DNA of 64,000 nucleotides, from contig OZ251228.1 in NCBI GenBank assembly GCA_965240325.2, forward strand, positions 2,294,001 through 2,358,000. The letters run 5' to 3'. The notes beneath the pieces are model-generated. The model was not told where the DNA came from. It saw nothing but the letters and a program-made list of their open reading frames with translations, and did no database searches. The first letter of the stretch is position 1. Each line of letters begins with the position of its first letter. Shown piece by piece: positions 32,927-42,908 of this stretch. This DNA is from Rebecca billardiae RCC1528. Taxonomy: Eukaryota; Protista; Haptophyta. The position numbers and the translations under genes were made by a program.

Positions 32927-35394
32927 ATGCCCCCAACCGTGCCGATAGGCGCGAAGTGCCGACGCTTCTTCCCCGGCTATGGGTGGCACGATGGCGAGGT
33001 CACCGAGCGGAAGGAGGGTGGATCCGGTGCAGGGCCGCAGTACGTCGTGCACTTCGACGACGGCGACACCCGCGTGTACAAGGAGCGCGACATCGAGCGC
33101 ATGGTGCAGGAGTGGAAGCATAAGCACGAGCGGCTACGCCTCCGCGTGCGCTCGCGCGGCGGCGGCGTGTGCCTGCACACTGTCCATGTGGATACCGCCC
33201 ACGGGCTAGATGGCCTCATCCGCACGGCCTGCGCCGCCCTCGGCCTCGACACCAACCAGCAGTGGGGCGTTTACCTCACGACCAACGATGACGAGTGCAA
33301 GCGCAAAATCATCGTCGAAGGCGTGGACGAGCTGAGCGAAGACGACGAAATCACGCTCGCGGCGGCGGCGCAGCCTGCAAGCGGTGCGGGCATGTCCGCG
33401 CCGAGTGCGGGCCCAGCCACCTGCGCTCCCGCCGCCGCGGCCGCGGGCACGCCCGGGCTCAAGCTCCAGGCGAGTGCGCCAGGTGCGAAGCCCAACGCTG
33501 CGGGCGCCAAGCGCAAGGCGCCACAGCCGCCGCCTCCGCCGCAGCCAAAGCAGCCGAAGCAGCCGAAGCAGAAGAAGCAGAAGACGCAGGGCGGGGTAGG
33601 CGGCTCGTGGAATCACGTGTTTGATCTCTCCGGTGACTCGGACCCCGCCGAGGACGATGGCCGCGACGACGCTGCGAAGGAGGCGGCAGATGAGGAGGAG
33701 GACGACGGGGAGTGCGAAGTGCTCCGAGAACGGACTTTTCAGGAGGGGCAGCGCGCGCGCTTCCTGCGCGCGGAGGAGGAGGGCCGCGTCATGGACATCG
33801 AGAGCGACGGTGACGAGTCCGCCTCGGGCGAGGGCTCCGAGGAGGGCGGCTGGGAGCTCGGTGACGACGAGCAGGAGCGCGCAGGCTGGTACGACGCAGA
33901 CCGCGCGCAGCTCGAGGCGCGCAACAAGGCGCGCGCTGCGCAGCGCCGCGCGAATGCGCCGCGCAGGGGCCGCGTGACCGTGGAGGCGGTCGTCGACGAG
34001 TCCGTCGAGGCGCCGGGCGCGGTGCCCGAGCCCGACGCGGTGGATGCGGAGCTCGAGCCGGTCAAGAAGCGCATCCGCAAGGTGCGTCACGCGCCGTCGG
34101 GCCGCGCCTGCGCTCGCTGGCGTGATCGGAGCCCGCGAGCGCGCGCGTGCCTGCCGCAGCCGACTCGCGCACCCGCCGCCCGCCCCCCCACTGGCCCTCG
34201 CCCCAGATGCTCGCGCTCGGCTTGCACACGTCGTCGACGGAGGCCGAGGTCAAGAACGCCCTCGGCCGCGCGGCGCGGCTGCTCGCCAAGTACAACATCA
34301 ACGAGGCGCAGCTGCTGCTGGCGGAGGAGGCGGCGCCGGACTCGTTGGCGGGCGGGATGGCGGCCGTGCGCATCGAGGACAGGGCGACGCGCGCGCCGGT
34401 GCGCTCGATGGAGTACTTCTGGAGCGTCGCGAGTGCGGCGGCGGAGAACTTCGACGCAAGCTACTTCCAGGATTGCTACTACTCGACCTCGTGCAAGGAG
34501 TGCAAGGTCACGTTCTACGGCATCCGCACGAACGCGCAGATGGCGGCGTTCGCGTTTGCGGGCGCGTTCAACCGCGTCGCCGAGATGACGGCTGCGTACA
34601 AGGTGGCCGCGGCCGAGTGGCAGCAGAGCGGCGGCTTCAGCGCAACGGGGCACGGCTCAGCGGCGGCGTACACGCAGGCCAAGCGGCGCAGCTATCGCAC
34701 CGGGCTCGCGTCGGGCCTGCGCGATGCGGTGCACCAGGAGGCGAAGGCGCGCAAGGCCGGCGAGAGGCAGCGGCTGGCGGGTGCGCGCGCGGCCGCAGAG
34801 CAGGAGGCGGCTGCGCTCAGCGCCGGCGAGCGCGGCTGCCTGCTGCTGTGCGCGGCACCGGCGGCCGAGGGGGCGACGCCCGCCGCGGCGCCGCTGGGCG
34901 CGCCCGCCGCCGCGCGCAAACTCGAGCCGCCCGAGCCAGCACACGCATTCCGGCTGGGCGAGGCGGACGAGGACAGCGATGCTGACGACGCTGAGCGCAC
35001 GCGGGTGCGGGCAGACACGCTCGCGTGGCCACGTGGCGGCGAGGACACGCTCGGCGGGCCGGTCGCCGCGCCCGCTGCCGCGCCCGCACCGAACGAGGCC
35101 GCGGCGCCCGCCTCCGCAGCGGGCGCGCAGTCGGCGTCGGCGGCCGCCAAGCTCGCCGAGCTGGAGAAGGAGGCGGCGGCCTCGCACGCCCTCGTCGTGC
35201 ACAGCAAGAACGTCGGTGAGGACCTCCTCAAGGCGAAGGGCATCAAGCTCACGCAGGGCCGGGGGTACCGCCAGAGCCGTCTGCTGTCGGCAGCCTATGC
35301 GGATGGCGTCCGCGACTCCAAGCAGATCAACCTCAACCAGCGCACGTTGGCGACGACCGCTGCGACGGGCCCCGCCACCGCTGGCAGCCCTTGA
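32927..35394 (+). CDS. Protein with N-terminal Tudor-like domain and DUF2786-type domain; exons 32927-34081 and 34207-35394
   Basis: RRFFPGYGWHDGEV..YVVHFDDGD; VKKRIRK|MLALGLH..EAEVKNALGRAARLLAKYNI; VTFYG, SYRTGLASGL, AYADGVRDSKQI; GT-AG intron 34082-34206. Confidence 0.75.
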
Positions 35395-35692
35395 TCGATG
35401 AGGTGCCAGCACGATCGACGGCGACGCCGCGATGAGTCGACTGTCGCCGATTACGTTGGATCCCTTGCGCTGTGACCCTCCGGGGGCGGCGGGCCCAGGG
35501 CAGCCGCATGACGACTGATGATTCTATGTATGAATAATTGTATGACGACACAGCTAGTAGCAGGCATGAGGGCGCCGCTCTCCTGATTCGTCTGTCGAAG
35601 TATAGCAGCATCAGACGACGGATAATATAAGATAGAAGAACGCGACGACTCCGGTCGCTGAATAATCATCGCTCCTGATGATGATCGATGAT

Positions 35693-35947
35693 GGCGCACG
35701 CCCCCCCCGAAAGGTCTGAGCGTGAGCGAAAGCCGGGGGGGGGCGGCGCACGTGCTCCGCAAAATCAAAAAAGAGGATGCGCGCAGGATTTGGGGGATTT
35801 TTGTAGGTGGATTTAGGTGTGAAATCCGCATTTGACTCGATATCGCTGATGCTCATGATTGCGTTTATACTGCTCCTTAATCCTTGGATAGTAAGTAATA
35901 GAAGAAATCGAACTCGAATAGGACAAAGGCGTCTGCACCTTTCTGAT
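35693..35947 (+). mobile_element. 5' portion of Helitron2-like family B, interrupted by a family A insertion
   Basis: Matches 17925-18196 in reverse; abuts 35948. Confidence 0.5.
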
Positions 35948-37596
35948 GGCCCGCGGTGCAGGGCGGAGCGCGCAGCGTGGAGCTCGCACCAGCGGGCCCG
36001 AACAACGTTTCAAAAAGATCTTTGATCAAGAAAAAAGGGACGGGGGACGATTTTCATGGCTGGAGGAGACCGAGTTTCGAATTTTGAGACCCTCTCTAAC
36101 ATGCATCACGGCCGAAAAAGGTCGCGCCCACGGCAAGTTCATAGTAAAGCGTGGAGTGACGCCCGTCCAAAAAACTTCACGCCCTTTAGGATCCCTAACG
36201 TAACGAACCGTTACAATAAGCGATTTTTCCGGCCAATGAGATTGCAGCAAGGTCCAAGGAGCGATGACGTATCTAGATAGAGATTGCCGCGAACCGATGT
36301 GACCATGTACGTCCCTTGAATCAGTTGAATCAACTATTCAATCGCGCCGTGTCTGTATCAGGAGCCGACGAGGCAAGGGTCAGTAGCCGATGGGCCAACC
36401 TCGGCGAATCTCAATACTATCTGACACCGGAGCGGGAGCCGGGGCGCCGGCGGGCCCGCGTTTTCTACGCCACGGCTGCGGCGAGACCGCGAGAGGATGA
36501 GGCGAGCTGACGAGCGACCGACGGGTGAGGACGGCGATGGGCAGGTGCGCGCGGCGAGTTGCGCCTGGAGCGCGCGGCTGCGGCGGGTCCCGACTGCCGT
36601 CGACATCGCGTTCGTGCCCCCGCTCACTCCGCGCGCCCCCGCCGCCCCGTGTCGATGCCTGCGCGCGGCCGCGCGCCGGTCGGCGCCGCGGCGCCCCGGC
36701 CGCGCCGCGGCAGCCGCCCTGTATTCGGGCTCTCGCAAGCTCGGGGGCAGCGGCGCCTGATGCCGGACTGATCGATCTCTGAGTCTTCGACTTCACCACG
36801 CGCCGCCCTTGCCATGCCTTTCCGGGGAGCGCCGACGATCCGAGTCCATCGTCGACCGGTCGACTCTGAGCGAGGGCTACGCCTCGGAACTGAACGGTAC
36901 TCTACGAGGAGGACGAGCTGCGCGGGCGACGGTGGTGCGTGACGTCCCCAGAGCTGGCTGTGCCTCTGCAACGCGTGCCGAGCCTGATCGAGGTGTGTCA
37001 GCCCGTGCACGCGCGGCGTGCGCGAACGATCTGTGACTGGTGCCCAGTCGCACCTCCGACCTCGGCACCGTGCTCCCTCGGGCTGTCAGCTCCGCGTGGC
37101 CTGGCGTGCACGTCGAGTTGCGCTCATGCGTCGATCACGCCTCGCGCCCGCCTGTCGGCCGTCGCGCAGGCGCTGGTCGAACCCTACTCGGACCAGTGCA
37201 AATCACCTAACTATCCTGGCGCTGCCGCGGTGCGCGGTGACCCGCGGCGGGACAGCGGTCAGTCAGCAGCAGCGGCCCGAACGAATCCGCGGCCCCGCAC
37301 CGTGCTCCCTGGCTGTCAGCTTCGCGTGGCCTGGCGTGCACGTGGAGTCGCGCTCATGCGTCGATCACGCCTCGTCGCATCCGCCTGTACACAATCGGCG
37401 CCGCGCCGGCGGCTGCGAAGTGCGCCGATGGGCCCGCGCCCCGGGCGCGGCGGGCGGCGGCGCGCCGCTGGAGTCTAGTTGTACGGGCATGCAACTCCGG
37501 GTCTGTCAATAGACGACTGCGATGGAGGGTGCACCGCCACCGCGGGCCCTGAACTACGTTCGTTCTACGGAAAAGGACCGCGGAACGCGGTCATAT
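35948..37596 (+). mobile_element. Non-autonomous Helitron2-like element (family A)
   Basis: 5' GGCCCGCGGTG can pair with gcaccagcgggcc to form a 5' hairpin; its inverse CACCGCGGGCC is at 37538-37548, followed by a perfect 7-bp hairpin at 37576-37592; no TSD seen. Confidence 0.7.
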
Positions 37597-39437
37597 GGTG
37601 GGCCGTTCGCACAGAACAAACTTCCCTTGTGTTCGAACATTCTATGCTGGTAAGATGTCTGAGTTGTAAGAGCCTGAAACAGCTCACCAAGTATAGGAAA
37701 GAGAGTTTGTGGATCGGCTCTTCTGCCGCTTGAAGTGGGGTGTGTGATCGTGGTTGGTATTTGGTTAAGCCCCTTGATCAATACACATGTAAGATCTCAT
37801 CGAAATCCTATGGGGCGACCGGTATCTTTGAATGAAGCGCCAAACACGCCATCTTTCAGCGCGCCTACAGTTTACTTAAGAATAAGAGACGCATCTTCGA
37901 AGCGAAACGCTGATATTAGGCGCGAGGCCGCGCAAAACGCTACGACCCGTATGGATTTTTGGACGGAATCTTACCGGCAAATAGTATTTCAAATTATACG
38001 CCCCTTCTATACCTGATTAATATGCAGCAAGCTAACTAAGGCCGGGTAGGTCGTATAGTTTCAGAGTGTTTGCCTCGGCGGCTCGGTGCGAGCAGCGGAA
38101 TCAGCGGAGGACTCGGGCGGTGAGGCTGCGCACGGCGTGAGGCGCGGCTTCGGCCGAGTCGGTCCGCGGAGGATGCGCCGCGCTCGGCCCGCTGCGCAGC
38201 GGCAGTGTGCCTCACTTTGCCCCGAGCGCCGTCCTCCGCGTTGCTCGCACGAATGGTTTGCTGTGCCGCTCACGCCGGACACTCGTCGGGTCGATCAGCA
38301 AGGTGTTGAGTGACATTGGATACCCACGACGAAGGCCTAGCCTTGTGTACCCCTTCTCAGCACGAATGCAAGCGGACGCTAATGCTCCACATCGATGGTA
38401 CCAACACTCACGCCGCCGTCTTTTCCAGCTTCCCATCAGTCGACAAGTCGCCGGGAAGCATTTGCAGGAAGCCGTCGTGCGTTTCCGAGCGAGTCGCTGC
38501 AACTGCCTGCTCGGTCATCGGTGGCGACCGCTGGCGGCTACGACGGCAGCGGGCTCAGCAGCGAGCTCAGCGGCGGGGTCCGGGCTGCGATTGTGATGGT
38601 GGCGGTGATGGCAGCCGGCTTGGTGGCGGCGATGTGCGCAGCGACGTCAGTCACTCGTCAGGTGCCCGTGCGGGCGCGGCGGCGGGCTTGGCGGCGGCGA
38701 TGTAGGCGGTGATGGTGGCGGGCTCGACGGGGGGGACTGTAGCGGTGATTGTGGCGGCGGTAACTGGTGGCTGTGGGTGGCGGAGTGGCAGTGAGCCAGG
38801 CAGCTGACAGCGGTGATTCAAGGGCTCGGTGACCGGCGCCGGAGTGCCCGGTCGGGCTCGGGCTCGGCGGCGGGCTCGGCAGCCCCGTTGTGGAGACGAG
38901 CTGTGAGGCGGCTAACTACAGACCCGCGAGACCGAGTGTGCTTGGAATTATTGATGCAGTCGATGAGTCACATCATCTTGCGCGCCGCTCTGCCTCGCTG
39001 CGTCGCCGTTACTCACTGTCACTGACAGCTGTGAGCAGCATGATGGGCCTCGGATCCGCGCAGTCCGCGCGGACCGTCACGGCTCATGCACCGTCGGACC
39101 GCGGTACGACCGTGTCGCGACACAAGTCACAAGCCGGCTGCTGCTCACGATGAGCTGCGCGATTCGTGAAGTACTGGGTCACTGAGCTGTGAGCAGCCGA
39201 TGACCGAGCAGGCAGTTGCGACGGCAGGCAGTTGCTGCTCTCCGCAGGCAAGTCCGACACAAGCCGGCTGCTCGGCTCACCGAATAACGTGTCAACTCGT
39301 GGGCTGCGCGATTCGTGAAGACTGAAGTACTACTGGAACAGTGTCAGAACGCGACAACTAGGGCCGTGCGCCCTCAACTTCGTTGTTTACTACCCGAAGA
39401 TCGGCGTAGCCGATCATATATCGAAGATGAATAATAT

Positions 39438-41136
39438 ATATGACCACGTTCCGCGGTCCTTTTCCGTAGAACGAACGTAGTTCAGGGCCCGCGGTGGCGG
39501 TGCACCCTCCATCGCAGTCGTCTATTGACAGACCCGGAGTTGCATGCCCGTACAACTAGACTCCAGCGGCGCGCCGCCGCCCGCCGCGCCCGGGGCGCGG
39601 GCCCATCGGCGCACTTCCGACTTCGCAGCGGCGCCGGCGCGGCGCCGATTGTGTACAGGCGGATGCGACGAGGCGTGATCGACGCATGAGCGCGACTCCA
39701 CGTGCACGCCAGGCCACGCGAAGCTGACAGCCAGGGAGCACGGTGCGGGGCCGCGGATTCGTTCGGGCCGCTGCTGCTGACTGACCGCTGTCCCGCCGCG
39801 GGTCACCGCGCACCGGCAGCGCCAGGATAGTTAGATGATTTGCACTGGTCCGAGTAGGGTTCGACCAGCGCCTGCGCGACGGCCGACAGGCGGGCGCGAG
39901 GCGTGATCGACGCATGAGCGCAACTCGACGTGCACGCCAGGCCACGCGGAGCTGACAGCCCGAGGGAGCACGGTGCCGAGGTCGGAGGTGCGACTGGGCA
40001 CCAGTCACGGATCGTTCGCGCACGCCGCGCGTGCAGTCGTGCACGGGCTGACACACCTCGATCAGGCTCGGCACGCGTTGCAGAGGCACAGCCAGCTCTG
40101 GGGACGTCACGCACCACCGTCGCCCGCGCAGCTCGTCCTCCTCGTAGAGTACCGTTCAGTTCCGAGGCGTAGCCCTCGCTCAGAGTCGACCGTCGACGAT
40201 GGACTCGGATCGTCGGCGCTCCCCGGAAAGGCATGGCAAGGGCGGCGCGTGGTGAAGTCGAAGACTCAGAGATCGATCAGTCCGGCATCAGGCGCCGCTG
40301 CCCCCGAGCTTGCGAGAGCCCGAATACAGGGCGGCTGCCGCGGCGCGGCCGGGGCGCCCCGGCGCCGACCGGCGCGCGGCCGCGCGCAGGCATCCGGCGC
40401 CGACCGGCGCGCGGCCGCGCGCAGGCATCGACACGGGGCGGCGGGGGCGCGCGGAGTGAGCGGGGGCACGAACGCGATGTCGACGGCAGTCGGGACCCGC
40501 CGCAGCCGCGCGCTCCAGGCGCAACTCGCCGCGCGCACCTGCCCATCGCCGTCCTCACCCGTCGGTCGCTCGTCAGCTCGCCTCCTCTCCGCTCTCGCGG
40601 TCTCGCCGCAGCCGTGGCGTACAAAACGCGGGCCCGCGCGCCCCGGCTCCCGCTTCCGGTGTCAGATAGTATTGAGATTCGCCGAGGTTGGCCCATCGGC
40701 TACTGACCCTTGCCTCGTCGGCTCCTGATACAGACACGGCGCGATTCAGAATAGTTGATTCAACTGATTCAAGGGACGTACATGGTCACATCGGTTCGCG
40801 GCAATCTCCATCTAGATACGTCATCGCTCCTTGGACCTTGCTGCAATCTCATTGGCCGGAAAAATCGCGTGTAACGGTTCGTTACGTTAGGGATCCTAAA
40901 GGGCGTGAAGTTTTTTGGACGGGCGTCACTCCACGCTTTACTATGAACTTGCCGTGGGCGCGACCTTTTTCGGCCGTGATGCGTGTTAGAGAGGGTCTCA
41001 AAACTCGAAACTCGGTCTCCTCCAGCCCTGAAAATCGTCCCCCGTCCCTTTTTTCTTGATCAAAGATCTTTTTGAAACGTGGTTAGGGCCCACGGAGCGG
41101 GCTCCACGCTGCGCGCTCCGCCCTGCACCGCGGGCC
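39438..41136 (-). mobile_element. Second family A copy, inverted relative to 35948-37596
   Basis: Near-identical reverse complement over ~1.65 kb, with small indels and a 29-bp internal duplication at ~40363-40430. Confidence 0.75.
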
Positions 41137-41252
41137 AATAATACATGATCGTCATGATATCAGCCGGTGATGGCAGATGGGCGGGGGCGACGCGCAGAAA
41201 GACTTAGACTGCGCACGCACGCACGTGATGTCGCCAGCAATCATCTCGAGCA

Positions 41253-42899
41253 TCAGCCGCTCGGCGCTGCCCTCGCCACTGATGCATACCGCCGCCTGCG
41301 CCCGCGCTGGGCCGGGCGACCGTGCGCACGTCGAGTGGCGTCAGCAGTGCCGCGGGCGGGTAGCACCGGGCCGCGCGGCGCGTCGGCGCGCCGGCTGAGG
41401 CAGACGGTTGCGCATGTCAACGCGCACAAGGAGAGCTTGCCGAGTGCGGCGCGTTTGGCGGCGTCCTTGGGCACGACGTCGGTGACGAGCACGTTGCCCT
41501 CCCACCGGCTCGTCTTGGTCATCCTGAGCTCACCGTCGATGTCGTCGTCCGTGGGCACCCCTATGGGCAACACCTCCGTCTTGGCCCCCCTGGGCGTCTG
41601 CGCCGTGAACTGCCACACCGACACGCCTTCGTGCTTGCTCCAGCTCTGCTGGGGCCTGATGCGGCCGGCGAGCTTGCGCCGCATCCAGCTCACGCCCATC
41701 GCCGCGAGGTACTGGTCGCACCGCGTCGACTCGCGCAGCTCCCACAGGCCGCTGAAGTCGACCGTCCCGTCCGCCTCCGCGCTGGCCTCCGCGCCAGCCT
41801 CTGCGCCGAGCGCCGCGGCGAGCGCCGCGCCGGCAGCTGTCGCGCCGAGACCGCCCAGCCGCGCCATGAGCGCTGGCTCAACAGCAAGCAGCCGGGCGGC
41901 CGCCCACGGCGGCAACGCCATGTCGAAGAGCTCATCGTCCTCCGCGTAGTACCGCACGACGCTCGCGAGCGCCGCGTCGCTCGCGTAGTAGCGCCGCTCG
42001 AGCTCGGTGGTCACGTGTGCGTTGTGTCGGGGGCTGCTGCTGCTGCTGCGGCTGCTGCTGCTGCTGCTGCTGGGGCCGCTGCCGCTCGGCGCGGCTGGCG
42101 CACGCCGCTTCGCCCACGCACGCCGCCAACCGTCCGCGGGCTGCGGCGCCGGCCGCTTGCGCGGAGCGCCGTCGCCCGACTGCACGCTGCGCAGCACCGC
42201 TGCGCGCGCGTGCTCGTCGGGGAACAGCTTGTCCAGCTCGGGCGCCAGCGCGCGCACGTCCACCCCGACCGCGCGCAGCATGCGCTCGACGGCTGCGCGC
42301 GCGCGCGTCGGCTCGAGGCGCTCGATCGTCGTGCACGCGCCGAGGGTGGCGTTGAGCCCGCCGCAGTGCTCAGACTGCCGCATCTAGTGCCGCTTGCGCA
42401 CGCGCCCTCACCCGAGCGCTGCCGCCGCCTCGTCGAAGCTGGGGCGCGACACGCCGAATGCCTCCGAGCAATGGCGCGCGCCGTCCATGTCACGGCCCGC
42501 GGTGCACTTGGACGCGTACGCCGAGGCGAAGCGCTCGAGCGGCACTCTCTAGAAGACGGCGGCGTGCCACGTCGGCTCGGCCAGCCGCGCCGCGGCGTCC
42601 TCCACGCCCAGCCCGAAGTAGCGCAGCGTGTTATTGGTGTTCTGCACAAACAGCTGCTTGCGCAGCGCCGGGTCGTGCGGCGTGCGGACCGCGCGGAAGA
42701 GCTGCACGAAGTTCTGGCTCGCGACCTTGTCGATCTTGCAGAAGAGGAGCCGGTGCTCCGGCACGAGGATGAAGGAGCTGTACGAAACGAACGCGGCGCT
42801 TAGCGAGACCGCCCCGTCGCGTTGCTCCTCGCGCCCGCGCCATTTGTGCGTCAGGGATGCGGCAGGGCATGCAATTCCGCTCCGAAAGCTGATGACCAT
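41253..42899 (-). pseudogene. Sulfotransferase-family-2-like gene fused to a FABP/lipocalin-like domain, with three in-frame stops
   Basis: LLFCKIDKVASQNF, AVF*RVPLERFASAY, H*MRQSEHCGGL, RYYAEDDELF; then DFSGLWELRES..DQYLAAMGVSWMRRKLA; stops at ~42549, ~42407 and ~42385. Confidence 0.7.
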
Positions 42900-42908
42900 T
42901 GGCGGCTG

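Noticed and set aside
35700-35750. Hammerhead ribozyme (ctga..gaaa)
   Set aside because: The core reads CUGAGCG rather than CUGANGA and the stems do not fit; better explained as an element terminal hairpin.
35948-41136. Single MULE-like element with 1.65-kb TIRs, or a Fanzor/TnpB locus
   Set aside because: No TSD, the same two ends bound a separate element at 10121-12291, and no RuvC-like or transposase ORF is recognisable.
42380-42555. Stop-codon readthrough or alternative genetic code
   Set aside because: Both TAG and TGA occur at positions implying different residues, and other genes use them as normal stops; pseudogenisation is simpler.
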